A DNA stretch of 64,000 nucleotides from an uncultured virus (IMG/VR IMGVR_UViG_3300027710_000024) (IMGVR_UViG_3300027710_000024), one strand, 5' to 3'; positions 46,611 to 56,540 are shown, numbered from the stretch's first letter. Made by a program: numbers and translations. The notes: generated by a model not told the origin, from the sequence alone.

Positions 46611-46969
46611 ATTCAGCAGACGGAGTCTATGATCATACTAAAGGTCGGCCAATTGTTGGTGATAGAAATGACGTTGAGCCACGCTACGATTATTTAGGGC
46701 CATACAAGTCTGTACAAGATTCATTAATCTCTAGAGCTCTTGCGTCAGTTACAACTCCGGGAGCTGTGCTGCAAGAAATCGTTAGGCCAAACCTACCCCA
46801 AGTTAAGTTGTTCCCCCCACGCTTTGGCTACAGATCTCGAGAGTTAAATCTTAAAGACGTTATGCATGTCAATGAGGACGCTAATGGCTTCCCATTACGA
46901 GCAGACACCTATGGAACCGCGAGCGCAGAAAGCACGCTAAGAAATGCTCAGGGCCAAGGGTTCTGGTAA
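46607..46969 (+). CDS. Hypothetical protein
   Basis: Coupled ORF with GAGGTG RBS. Confidence 0.55.
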   Translation: MNSADGVYDHTKGRPIVGDRNDVEPRYDYLGPYKSVQDSLISRALASVTTPGAVLQEIVRPNLPQVKLFPPRFGYRSRELNLKDVMHVNEDANGFPLRADTYGTASAESTLRNAQGQGFW

Positions 46970-47145
46970 TGGACGAAAACTACAACTTACCCACTATTTA
47001 CGAGGGTTCCAGGCTCTGCCACAAGTGTGGAGATCTTATGGATCCGGTTACGGTGGCCTTTACCGGCTCTTTAGGGGTATGCCCAGAGTGCCGAAATATA
47101 ATGCACAAAAAAAGGCTTAAAGAAGCCATGTCAAAGGGCCGTTAA
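46969..47145 (+). CDS. Zinc-ribbon micro-protein (58 aa, not in ORF track)
   Basis: CHKCG...CPECR; TAATG coupling. Confidence 0.6.
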   Translation: MDENYNLPTIYEGSRLCHKCGDLMDPVTVAFTGSLGVCPECRNIMHKKRLKEAMSKGR

Positions 47146-47188
47146 AGCCCCTACACTGTGTACTTAGGATTTATCTGAAAGGAATACC

Positions 47189-47677
47189 ATGAAGACAGCT
47201 GTTGCGTCTCCAGACGAAGGACCAGACAAGAAGAAATACGGTATTCCGCCTAAAGATAAAAAAGGCTTGCCTAAAAAGAATGAGTATGAATACAAGAGTG
47301 AACGTTCTAACAAAGAAAAGCATAGTAACTATGGTAAGCCTATGAAAGGCGACCCATCAACTTTTGGTAAGCACGAAGCGTGGATGAATAAGCCACCAAA
47401 AGATAAGCCTAAGCCTTCTACGCCTAAATCTCCTCAACTTGGCCGATCAGATTATAAGAAAAGCCAAATGCAGGATGCTATGAAGCATGAACGTAAAGAC
47501 ATGCCAAAGCCTAAGCCAAAAAGCCCGGGATTTGACGAACCTAAAATTAAGAAGATCTACAAAGTAGTCGAGAATAAGATTAAGAAACCTGAAGATAAAA
47601 AGAAAGAAAACAAGATTACCAAAAAGGCTAGTCGTTCAAAGACACCTATCCGTATGAAGAACAAGAAGGCTAAGTAA
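47189..47677 (+). CDS. Very Lys/Pro-rich protein
   Basis: AAAGGA RBS; low-complexity basic sequence. Confidence 0.6.
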   Translation: MKTAVASPDEGPDKKKYGIPPKDKKGLPKKNEYEYKSERSNKEKHSNYGKPMKGDPSTFGKHEAWMNKPPKDKPKPSTPKSPQLGRSDYKKSQMQDAMKHERKDMPKPKPKSPGFDEPKIKKIYKVVENKIKKPEDKKKENKITKKASRSKTPIRMKNKKAK

Positions 47678-48024
47678 TGGGCATCCGCAGAGAACGTGAC
47701 GCTAGACGCGTTGCTAAGTCTATTCGCACTCACGATGCCACTATGGAAGCTTATGGCAAGGCCTCCGGCTGGGCCCGCATTAACGGGGAGGCATGGAACG
47801 CCTACAATGACCCTAAAGAAGGCGATGTTACAGATGTAAACTCTATTTTTCCTTCAGCCAAGGATAACAATAGAAGTACTGGAACTATTTTTACCCCAAA
47901 CGAGCATAACCCACGCGCAAAGAGTGAGTTTAAAGCGTCTCAAACTAACGATATGGAACCATCTCGTCTTGGCCATACTCTTGGCAGAGGCCACGTTGCT
48001 ACCAGATATCCAAAGAATAAGTAA
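47677..48024 (+). CDS. Hypothetical protein, paralog A
   Basis: N-terminus shared with 48036..48416. Confidence 0.6.
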   Translation: MGIRRERDARRVAKSIRTHDATMEAYGKASGWARINGEAWNAYNDPKEGDVTDVNSIFPSAKDNNRSTGTIFTPNEHNPRAKSEFKASQTNDMEPSRLGHTLGRGHVATRYPKNK

Positions 48025-48035
48025 GAGGACACACC

Positions 48036-48416
48036 GTGAAGATGCGAAGAGAGCGTGACGCTAAGCGTGTAGCTAAATCTGTCCGTACTCATGAGGCAAC
48101 AATGAAAGCTTACTCTAACGCTTCTGGTTGGGAGCGATATGACGAGAGTGATCGACATGGCGCTATGGCCGGAAGAATTTTGCCTATAAAAGGCGATACC
48201 CACGGTTTTGGTGATCAAAATAATCGTGGATTTAATGTAGGTAAAGGTCACGCAAAAACTTCACATATTTTAAAAGATATACGGGAATACAAAAAAGAAG
48301 TGCCCGAAGGTTATGAAGCAGAAGATGTAACTCATGCCCTAAGAGTTGCTAAAGATACTCACCATCAAAAATTAAAAGCAGAAGACGCTAAAAAAGCAAA
48401 GGAAAGGTACATATAA
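48036..48416 (+). CDS. Hypothetical protein, paralog B
   Basis: N-terminus shared with 47677..48024; GAGGA RBS. Confidence 0.6.
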   Translation: MKMRRERDAKRVAKSVRTHEATMKAYSNASGWERYDESDRHGAMAGRILPIKGDTHGFGDQNNRGFNVGKGHAKTSHILKDIREYKKEVPEGYEAEDVTHALRVAKDTHHQKLKAEDAKKAKERYI

Positions 48417-48697
48417 TGGCAACTAACGAATCAGGCTCATTAAACGAAAGCTTAAACGAAGGAGCAACTGACGGTAAGTACCGTAAAGTTCGCCCCAACA
48501 CCACTATCGATCCAGGCATGGGCGACGAGATCGTACGCGCTAACCGCCGCGGTCTAAACCCTTACATGAACTATGACTTCATCGACCAAGAAACACCTGC
48601 AAAGGTAAATCCTGGCAAGATGACAGCTAACAGCTCTTCCCGCCCAGCTTCAGACGTATTTAACGTATCTGAAAAGCAAATGGGAGCAAATTACTAA
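48416..48697 (+). CDS. Hypothetical protein
   Basis: GATDGKYRKVRP; coupled ORF. Confidence 0.55.
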   Translation: MATNESGSLNESLNEGATDGKYRKVRPNTTIDPGMGDEIVRANRRGLNPYMNYDFIDQETPAKVNPGKMTANSSSRPASDVFNVSEKQMGANY

Positions 48698-48721
48698 TCA
48701 GTTTTAGGGGAGTTAGTTATT

Positions 48722-49123
48722 ATGGATAAAGACACGTCTAAACCTAAAAAAAGTTTAGTAAAAAAGCTAGCCACTTCACCACTCAGCAAAGATATTAAGA
48801 AAATTGCTAAGGGTGCTGGAGAGATGCTTGGGCTATATCCAGAAAACGAGCCTACTAACGCTACCCCAATTAGAAAATATCACCAAAGCTGCAACCTCGG
48901 TACTGGCGATTGCGATATACAGGAACCACATAAGCATGTAAGTAATCGCATTCCTCTTGACCCACATACAGAGGCGGAATTAAATCGTTCTGTAGCTAGA
49001 CACCCAGGTAATGGTCGTTCTGAGCATTTCTCTCATGGATCCAGTGAACATTTAGGTTCAAACGTTACCTCTTTGAGCGCATATCGAGAGTCTAAGAAGT
49101 CTCGTAAACCTAGCGGGTACTAA
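48722..49123 (+). CDS. Basic hypothetical protein
   Basis: GGGGAG RBS. Confidence 0.55.
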   Translation: MDKDTSKPKKSLVKKLATSPLSKDIKKIAKGAGEMLGLYPENEPTNATPIRKYHQSCNLGTGDCDIQEPHKHVSNRIPLDPHTEAELNRSVARHPGNGRSEHFSHGSSEHLGSNVTSLSAYRESKKSRKPSGY

Positions 49124-50040
49124 TGGCTAAGAAGAGTGTTTTTGATGGTGGCGCATCTCAAGTTTATGAGTATTGCGTAGGTTCTGCCTGTAAAGGAAAA
49201 GACACCCCTGCTCGCAAATTGATGGGCGTTAACGTTTTAGACGATTCCGGTGGAAGAATTATGTTTCACCCAGTCTGTAAAGACTGTGAAGCTACAGCTA
49301 ATTTAAATTCGGTAGCTCGTAGACTCCCTAAACCAAGCTTTCAACCATTAACTAAAGAAAACACCTACGTTTATCGTGAACAACTAGATGCAGAAGCCGC
49401 AGAACAATTTAAAAACCTTAAAGCTGGGCGACGCGGTATGGCGGGCCCAAATAAAGAGCTTTCTAAAAAGGTAATTAATCCGGATTCCCACGGTCGTATG
49501 GAGCACGTTTACTTTGGTAGAGAGTCATTTGAATTAGAGCCTAAAAAAGCCGGTACCCAAGGTCAAGAAAAAATTGGTCAACGCCCAAATCAACAAGTAG
49601 GAACCGCAGCAAAAGTAAAAAAGTTATCAGAACAAGAAAAAGACTTAGCTTTGCAAAAAGAAGCTGCTACTTACGATTTAGGTCGAGATAAAGGTCCTTG
49701 GACTCCGCTAACCCCACGTACAACCAAAAGTGGCAAGAAATCTGCCCGTCTTCGTAGAAGAGATACCTGGGAAGGAAACCCAGATCCAGGAATTCGTAGA
49801 CCTACAAAGGAATCTGGCGAGTTGTGGAAAAGCCCAGAAAAAATTATTTCTGTATATAACGCTAAAATTAGAGCAGCAGATCCAGCAGGCGCTTTTTCAC
49901 TTGCGTCTGTATTAGGGCAGGGAGATTCTAAGTCTTTGCCGGAACACTTAAAAGACGTAGAAAAATTGTACGCTGAACGTGCTTTGTTTACCGCAAAGTT
50001 AGCAAACGAGGAGCGTGAGCGCCGTGGCAAAAAGAAGTAG
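49123..50040 (+). CDS. Basic hypothetical protein with N-terminal Cys cluster
   Basis: C....C and CKDC; coupled ORF. Confidence 0.55.
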   Translation: MAKKSVFDGGASQVYEYCVGSACKGKDTPARKLMGVNVLDDSGGRIMFHPVCKDCEATANLNSVARRLPKPSFQPLTKENTYVYREQLDAEAAEQFKNLKAGRRGMAGPNKELSKKVINPDSHGRMEHVYFGRESFELEPKKAGTQGQEKIGQRPNQQVGTAAKVKKLSEQEKDLALQKEAATYDLGRDKGPWTPLTPRTTKSGKKSARLRRRDTWEGNPDPGIRRPTKESGELWKSPEKIISVYNAKIRAADPAGAFSLASVLGQGDSKSLPEHLKDVEKLYAERALFTAKLANEERERRGKKK

Positions 50041-50584
50041 TAAAGAGAAGCCTTTTCCTACTGGAAAAAAAAGCAATAAAAATGAGCCATATCGCCGTCC
50101 AGACGGCAAACCTATTATGGGCTTTCCTCTGGGAGAACGCGAATCTTTAACTAAAGAGGCAAACGCTTCATGGCTAGCTTCTATGATGCAAAGACAAGTA
50201 GATACTACGGTAAAAGATTCCGAAGGCAACTCTACTACCGTAACCGTACCTTTTAACGAATTTGCTGCAGAACATCAACTAAGGCATAAAAAATATGAGT
50301 TTACTTCACCGGGCCGATCCCGGGCTAAATTTTTAGCTGGAAAGCCTTACTCAGAGGTTTCTCCCCCTAAACAGACCAGCAAAGGTAAATTGGTTAGAAG
50401 CGGTGATATAGAAATAACTAAGTCTGCCGCAAAACTTGAGCGAGATACGGCCGAACAGTTAGATAAAATTGAAGAAGAATATATGAAAAACAGAAAAATA
50501 CCGGTATCTACGCCTAGTAAACCTAAAAAAACTGAGCCTACTCTTGCTGAGCGAACCCGGGTTGGCCGGAAGGATATGGCTTAA
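50024..50584 (+). CDS. Basic hypothetical protein
   Basis: Lys-rich; overlaps the upstream gene end. Confidence 0.55.
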   Translation: MAKRSSKEKPFPTGKKSNKNEPYRRPDGKPIMGFPLGERESLTKEANASWLASMMQRQVDTTVKDSEGNSTTVTVPFNEFAAEHQLRHKKYEFTSPGRSRAKFLAGKPYSEVSPPKQTSKGKLVRSGDIEITKSAAKLERDTAEQLDKIEEEYMKNRKIPVSTPSKPKKTEPTLAERTRVGRKDMA

Positions 50585-50621
50585 TAGTCTGATAGACTCT
50601 CCTTATCATTAAAGGAGTATT

Positions 50622-51188
50622 ATGTCTAATTTATTCGGCAATGCCAAAGGACCCGCGGATCTCGGTGGAGAGTACGTTGAGGTAAAAGATGATGGGCCTA
50701 AGATCCGCCTACTTTACTGCTACCAATGTAAAACTATAGAAGAGCTTCCTGACTTTGAGGGGCGCCCAGAAGATGATACGCTACTAGAGCTTTTAATTGA
50801 AAAGCACGAGTCTGCGGGAGTCAAACACATGGGGTTCTTGTCTAAGATAGGCGTAAAGCTTTGGACGCAAGAAAAGTTTAGAAAACAAATCATTGAAAAC
50901 CTCCGTACAAAGGTTGGTGGGGGATTAGCTGATATTGATCCTGAGTACTACTTTACTAAAGCCACATTTGCAGAAGATGCTATGAAGTGTTACTCTTTGC
51001 ACCTTAGGCCTACAGCGGGTTGCCCCGATTACGCCTCTGATAAGAAAAAGCTAGTGCCAAAGACACAATCTGAAAGAAAAGAGTTGGGACTTAGCGCGGC
51101 TACTAGTAGTATTTACCTGTGTGATTTCTGCCCAGTCAAATCTCACGTAGTTACACAACAACGTAAACAATCCGGAATGTACAAGTAA
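50622..51188 (+). CDS. Zn-binding hypothetical protein
   Basis: CYQC, C...H....C, CDFCP; AAGGAG RBS. Confidence 0.6.
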   Translation: MSNLFGNAKGPADLGGEYVEVKDDGPKIRLLYCYQCKTIEELPDFEGRPEDDTLLELLIEKHESAGVKHMGFLSKIGVKLWTQEKFRKQIIENLRTKVGGGLADIDPEYYFTKATFAEDAMKCYSLHLRPTAGCPDYASDKKKLVPKTQSERKELGLSAATSSIYLCDFCPVKSHVVTQQRKQSGMYK

Positions 51189-51204
51189 AAGAATAGGAAA
51201 ATAA

Positions 51205-51534
51205 ATGACAAACGAAGATAACACAGAAGACGCAATTGTAATCACTGATGCAGAATACGGCGCATCTCATACTGAGGAAACAGCTTCTGAAGAAGATGTC
51301 CCTAAGATTGTTTTTGGTTTTGCTATCCTAGTAGATGACAAGGGAAACCTATTCTTAGAGCGCACACCTCGTATTTTCAATGCCCCAGTAGAGCGTGAGG
51401 CCACGCTTATCGAAGTTCGCCGTTATGCGGCAGACATTGTGATGGATATTCAGGCACAGGCATCTGCTGAATACACCACTACTCGCATGAAAACCCTTAA
51501 GGAAGAAGAAGAAAAAGACAACTCTCCTGCTTAA
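51205..51534 (+). CDS. Acidic hypothetical protein
   Basis: AGGA RBS. Confidence 0.55.
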   Translation: MTNEDNTEDAIVITDAEYGASHTEETASEEDVPKIVFGFAILVDDKGNLFLERTPRIFNAPVEREATLIEVRRYAADIVMDIQAQASAEYTTTRMKTLKEEEEKDNSPA

Positions 51535-51585
51535 TTTCCGCTAGTTTCGCTAGACATACACCTGGTTAGGAAGAACAATAGTCCT

Positions 51586-52515
51586 ATGGACCGCGATAAA
51601 TTAAGCAAATTTGAACAGGTTGACGGCTTACACGAGTCCCAAACCTCTTACTTTAGCGCTCCAAATACGGACTTAGATCCTAACCTATTCTTTGGTAACA
51701 GACTTAAGCCTTGGGTTAGAAATAATATCTCAAGGCTTTTGTTTGACCACCTTGGAGTACGGTACTCGGCACCAAATAGGTGGGTTCATATTTGGCTAGC
51801 CGGGTCCGGAGTATCTTATCAATGGTCGGCAGAGCGAGACCCGGGCGACTTAGATTGCCTAGTTGGCATTAATTATGTTGAGTTTAGAAAAGCAAACTAT
51901 GAGTACGCCGGCCTTTCTGATCAAGAAATTGCCAGCATGTTTAACGAGGGTTTTAATTTAGACTTAATGCCTAACACCAAAAATTGGAATGGCTACGAGC
52001 TTACATATTATGTAAATGCTCGTTCCGATATTAAAGATCTAAACCCTTATGCGGCATACGACTTAACTAATGACAACTGGACTGTAGAGCCGGATAGGTC
52101 TGCTCACGCTCCTTACTCCCGTTCTTGGGAGCAACAGAGCCAACGAGATTACGATACCGCTACTGAGCTTGTATCTAGATACTCAGCGGCGCTATCTGAT
52201 ATTAAAACGGCACCTAACGATGCTTACAGACTTAATGCAGAAAGACGATTAAAACTTGCGGTAGAGCAGGCGGTATCTTTTTACGATGATATACACGGAG
52301 GAAGAAAAGCCGCTTTTAGCGTCTCAGGATCCGGATACTCTGACTTTAATAACTATAGGTGGCAGGCTGGTAAAAAGACCGGCACTGTACCAGCTTTACG
52401 GGCTATTAAACAGTACCAAGATGAGGCTAAAAAACAAGAACAATTAGACACCTATGGTGTAGAATTGCCTGATACACGGACTTTAATTCGAAGGGCAGCG
52501 CAAAAAAATCCATGA
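51586..52515 (+). CDS. Pol-beta superfamily nucleotidyltransferase
   Basis: WLAGSGVSYQWSAERDPGDLDCLV matches hGS-x-DhDh. Confidence 0.7.
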   Translation: MDRDKLSKFEQVDGLHESQTSYFSAPNTDLDPNLFFGNRLKPWVRNNISRLLFDHLGVRYSAPNRWVHIWLAGSGVSYQWSAERDPGDLDCLVGINYVEFRKANYEYAGLSDQEIASMFNEGFNLDLMPNTKNWNGYELTYYVNARSDIKDLNPYAAYDLTNDNWTVEPDRSAHAPYSRSWEQQSQRDYDTATELVSRYSAALSDIKTAPNDAYRLNAERRLKLAVEQAVSFYDDIHGGRKAAFSVSGSGYSDFNNYRWQAGKKTGTVPALRAIKQYQDEAKKQEQLDTYGVELPDTRTLIRRAAQKNP

Positions 52516-52976
52516 CAGCTTTGGTTTCACTAGACGGGGTTCTTAGAACCGAAGTTGGGAATCCAATTCACGAAGGATTAAAACTATTTAGGGTTTTAGC
52601 TCCCAGTTATCGAGTAGTCCTAGCTACAGACGGTACAAAAATGGAAGCCGAGCATTGGCTTAGATCCAATATGATTTCTGGGTACGCAGATATTATTGAT
52701 AATACCTCTGGCTATGAAGGACAAGATCTTAGAATACGACAACTTGATATCATGAAGACTTTAGCTACAGTAGAGCTATTTGTAGACTCTGATGTAGACC
52801 GTTGCGCATTGGCTTTTAAAAGTGGAATAACCTCGCTGTTATTTGCCTCCCCAAAGTTTGTTAGAACAAAGCGTCAAGTAAAGCCTTGGGAAGAGCTAAA
52901 GACTGAGCTTGAAAAACAAAAAGAATTTAGAGCAAGTTTGATGTTAGATGATTTATCAGCGCATAGGTGGGAGTAA
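52512..52976 (+). CDS. HAD-fold protein with degenerate motif I
   Basis: VSLDGVL, VVLAT, LFVDSD. Confidence 0.6.
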   Translation: MTALVSLDGVLRTEVGNPIHEGLKLFRVLAPSYRVVLATDGTKMEAEHWLRSNMISGYADIIDNTSGYEGQDLRIRQLDIMKTLATVELFVDSDVDRCALAFKSGITSLLFASPKFVRTKRQVKPWEELKTELEKQKEFRASLMLDDLSAHRWE

Positions 52977-52978
52977 CG

Positions 52979-54448
52979 ATGGATATCGTATTTTTGGGTG
53001 GAGAGGTTCCTTCCCACAGAAAGCTCCTGGTCGCTAATGGCGTAAAGCACATTGGCTTAAACTACTGGCGCCTTGTAAAGCGTGGCCTACCCAAGACTAA
53101 GGACTACCTACTTTCTGAGTACTTCCCAGATGACGTCTTTGTCTATGTAAATGCCAAGATTAACGATGAGTCAGCCCTAACCACAGAAGAGCTCTTTGAT
53201 TTTAATGCTGAGTACAATGACTGGGTCTCCCTAAACGAGGACCGAATCGAGCTAGCTTTTGAGTTTACATCCCAGTCTTTAGGGGCAGAACACCGAGCAA
53301 CTGAGAGAAGTACCTTTTGGGAAGAGTTTGGGGTTGATCGCTTTGTTCCTACTTGGGAAGCAAAAGACGGCCATCCAGAGCTTCACCGGCTAGCTAAGGC
53401 CTACCCTCACGTGGGGATTGTGGGCAACAGTATTGAGGAGGATAAGTCTTTAGCCGGCATTACGCGGGCCCTAACTACCCAATTTGGAACCACCTTCCAC
53501 GCTATAGGCTCGATGAGCCCAGAAAATTTACGGCAGATCCAATGCCTCACAGTCAGCACCCTAGCATGGCTGTCCCCGATGATGCGTGGGGAAACAATTG
53601 TCTGGGATGGCGCTCGCCTTCTTCGTTACCCTAAAAGAATGAAAGCTCAGGCCCGCAGCCGGTACAAGGCAGTCATTGAGAAAGCCGGTCTCGACTACTC
53701 ATTAATCATTGCAGATGATCCAAACGAGGTTACGCGTCTAGCTATCTGGTCTTTCCTTGAGCTAGAAGCGTTCATTAATGAACGAAAGACACCACTGTTA
53801 TCTGATAAGAGCGTGTATATGGATGACCCGGGAGATGCGGAAACAGGTGGTACAGAACCTGATAATAGACCCCCCGACGTGCGGAAAGATTTGCAAGAAA
53901 GAGACCCCCTAGAACTGCGCCCATTACCCGTTTTTGGGGTTACAACAAAGACTATAATTGAAAAAGATGAGGTTGGACGAGACGTTTTACGTGACGTTCC
54001 AGTGTTATCTAGCTCATCTTCTTCACTACGCCAGTGTAATACTTGCTTCGTAGCTACTAACTGTCCGGCCTTTAAACCCGAGAATAGCTGTGCCTTCAAC
54101 CTGCCCGTAGAGGTAAAAACAAAGGAGCAATTGAAGGGATTATTGAATACTGTCATTGAAATACAGGGTTCTAGAGTCGCTTTTGCCCGATTTGCGGAGG
54201 AATTGAACGGTGGATACCCAGATCCTAACACTTCCCAAGAGATAGATCGTTTATTTAAAATTGTAAAGCAACTGAAGGAATTGGAGGAAAATAAAGAATT
54301 CGTACGCATGACGGTAGAACGTCAGAGCTCTGGTGGAGTAATGTCTGCCCTGTTTGGGGATCGAGCGAATACGCTCAAGGAGCTCCCAAACCAAGGTTTG
54401 TCTGAGTCAGAGGTATCGACTATACTCTCAGAAAAGCTTGAAAACTAG
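52979..54448 (+). CDS. TGT-like TIM-barrel protein with C-terminal 4-Cys cluster and helical domain
   Basis: FVPTWE, HVGI, FHAIG, STLAW...G pattern; CNTCFVATNCP...C. Confidence 0.45.
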   Translation: MDIVFLGGEVPSHRKLLVANGVKHIGLNYWRLVKRGLPKTKDYLLSEYFPDDVFVYVNAKINDESALTTEELFDFNAEYNDWVSLNEDRIELAFEFTSQSLGAEHRATERSTFWEEFGVDRFVPTWEAKDGHPELHRLAKAYPHVGIVGNSIEEDKSLAGITRALTTQFGTTFHAIGSMSPENLRQIQCLTVSTLAWLSPMMRGETIVWDGARLLRYPKRMKAQARSRYKAVIEKAGLDYSLIIADDPNEVTRLAIWSFLELEAFINERKTPLLSDKSVYMDDPGDAETGGTEPDNRPPDVRKDLQERDPLELRPLPVFGVTTKTIIEKDEVGRDVLRDVPVLSSSSSSLRQCNTCFVATNCPAFKPENSCAFNLPVEVKTKEQLKGLLNTVIEIQGSRVAFARFAEELNGGYPDPNTSQEIDRLFKIVKQLKELEENKEFVRMTVERQSSGGVMSALFGDRANTLKELPNQGLSESEVSTILSEKLEN

Positions 54449-54497
54449 TTTCACTCTTATCATATAACAGTTACTTTTACCAACGAATGGGGCCATT

Positions 54498-56540
54498 GTG
54501 TTTTCTTTTAAACTGACCGAAGAATTTATCAAATCTTACCGCGGAAAGAAGGTCCCTTGGGGCTACGAAGACTGCGCAGGTAACTCTGTTGGTGAGATCA
54601 TCTTTCTTCGTACTTACAGTCGTTTAAAAGCTGATGGGACCAAAGAGACCTGGGTTGATGTCTGCGAGCGGGTTATCAATGGAATGTATTCTCTTCAGAA
54701 AGATCACGCTAAAACTAACCGGCTACCCTGGAATGATGCCAAGGCTCAGTCTTCAGCCAAGGAAGCTTTTGATCGTTTATTTAATCTGAAGTGGACCCCA
54801 CCCGGCCGAGGTCTATGGGTTATGGGAACTCCAATCGTTAATGAGCAGAGAAACTCAGCTGCCCTACAAAACTGTGCTTTTGTATCTACAGGTTCTATGA
54901 CCAAGCTAGACCCAGCAAAACCATTTGCCTTCCTAATGGAGGCTTCGATGCTAGGCGTTGGAGTCGGATTTGACGATAAGGGCGCAGATAAGGAGTTCAC
55001 AATTTATGGGCCACAACCCGACACCGCCCCTATCCTTGTTCCAGATACCCGAGAAGGCTGGGTTGATTCCGTCGCCCTCATCATCAACAGTTACCTTAAG
55101 CCAGATCAGAAGAGCCCAGTATTCGACTACTCACAGATCCGGCCAGCCGGTACTCCGATTAAAACCTTTGGTGGAACCGCGGCCGGACACGAGCCGCTAG
55201 AAAAACTCCACAATCACATTAGATCTATATTTAAAGGACGTGCCGGAGAAAAGCTTACTCGTAGAGATATTGCCGATATTGGAAATCTTATCGGAGTCTG
55301 CGTAGTATCTGGAAACGTACGCCGTTCAGCAGAGCTTCTTCTTGGTCGAATTGATGACCAAGACTTCCTAAACCTAAAGAATGCTGACGTATATCCTGAG
55401 CGTAACTCTTACGATCCAAAGTCTCCTGGCTGGGGCTGGATGTCCAATAACTCAGTCGAGGTATCTGTTGGAACAGACCTATCTCCAATTATTGACGGCA
55501 TCTCCCGCAATGGTGAGCCTGGCGTTGTCTGGATGGACCTAACTCGTAAATATGGAAGACTAGCCGACCCAGAGAACAATAAGGACTGGCGAGCATCTGG
55601 ATACAATCCTTGCGCAGAGCAATCTTTGGAGTCTTTTGAGTGCTGTACTCTTGTAGAGACTTATTTAAATCGTCACGATGATCTTGAGGACTTTAAGCGC
55701 ACCCTAAAGTTTGCTTATCTATACGCAAAGACTGTAACCCTTATCCCAACACACTGGGAAGAGACTAATGCGATCATGCAACGTAATCGCCGTATTGGAA
55801 CATCTGTATCCGGCGTAGCTAACTTTGCCGATAACAAGGGTCTGCCACTACTACGTACTTGGATGGATGAGGGATATGCCGTTATTCAACAGTACGACAA
55901 GTCTTACTCAGAATGGCTAGGTATCCGTGAGTCTATTAAGACCACAACTATTAAGCCTTCAGGAACTGTATCTATTTTGGCCGGAGAATCCCCTGGAGTT
56001 CACTGGACACCGGGCGGAAAATTCTTCTTGCGTGCTATCCGCTTTGGTAACTCAGATCCAATGCTTCCGCTATTTAAGATGGCTAAGTATCGGGTAGAGC
56101 CGGCCTCAGAATCACCAGATACTACATCCGTAGTGTTCTTCCCAATTAAATCTAACGCTAAGCGTTCCGAGAAGGAAGTCTCAATATATGAAAAGATGGC
56201 GCTCGCAGCAACTGCGCAGCGATACTGGTCCGACAACTCCGTCTCAGTAACCGTCTCATTCAACCCAGAGACTGAAGCATCTTCAATAGGAACTGCTCTC
56301 CATATGTATGACGGACAACTCAAGACTGTCTCGTTCCTCCCAATGACTACTGGGACATACGCTCAAATGCCTTACACTACTAGCAGTGAAGAGGAGTATG
56401 AAGAGGGTAGAATGAATCTATTCCCAATTGACCTCAAAGGGGTCTATGAAGGAATGGCTTATGACGCAATTGGCGAGGCTTACTGCACAACAGATGCTTG
56501 TGAAGTTAAATTAATTCGAGAGGAAATGAAGAATGTCTAA
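54498..56540 (+). CDS. nrdJ: Class II (adenosylcobalamin-dependent) ribonucleotide reductase
   Basis: RTYSR, PPGRGLW, LQNC, GNVRRSA, NPCAEQ, TTIKPSGT, C-terminal CTTDAC; no beta-subunit gene nearby. Confidence 0.95.
   Translation: MFSFKLTEEFIKSYRGKKVPWGYEDCAGNSVGEIIFLRTYSRLKADGTKETWVDVCERVINGMYSLQKDHAKTNRLPWNDAKAQSSAKEAFDRLFNLKWTPPGRGLWVMGTPIVNEQRNSAALQNCAFVSTGSMTKLDPAKPFAFLMEASMLGVGVGFDDKGADKEFTIYGPQPDTAPILVPDTREGWVDSVALIINSYLKPDQKSPVFDYSQIRPAGTPIKTFGGTAAGHEPLEKLHNHIRSIFKGRAGEKLTRRDIADIGNLIGVCVVSGNVRRSAELLLGRIDDQDFLNLKNADVYPERNSYDPKSPGWGWMSNNSVEVSVGTDLSPIIDGISRNGEPGVVWMDLTRKYGRLADPENNKDWRASGYNPCAEQSLESFECCTLVETYLNRHDDLEDFKRTLKFAYLYAKTVTLIPTHWEETNAIMQRNRRIGTSVSGVANFADNKGLPLLRTWMDEGYAVIQQYDKSYSEWLGIRESIKTTTIKPSGTVSILAGESPGVHWTPGGKFFLRAIRFGNSDPMLPLFKMAKYRVEPASESPDTTSVVFFPIKSNAKRSEKEVSIYEKMALAATAQRYWSDNSVSVTVSFNPETEASSIGTALHMYDGQLKTVSFLPMTTGTYAQMPYTTSSEEEYEEGRMNLFPIDLKGVYEGMAYDAIGEAYCTTDACEVKLIREEMKNV

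Noticed and set aside
53695..54309. 204-aa minus-strand ORF and similar antisense ORFs in the track
   Set aside because: Fully nested opposite well-supported genes, with no motifs or RBS
24555..56540. Inteins or introns in DnaB, PolA, RecA or NrdJ
   Set aside because: Lengths are normal, motifs are contiguous, and no splice-junction motifs were seen
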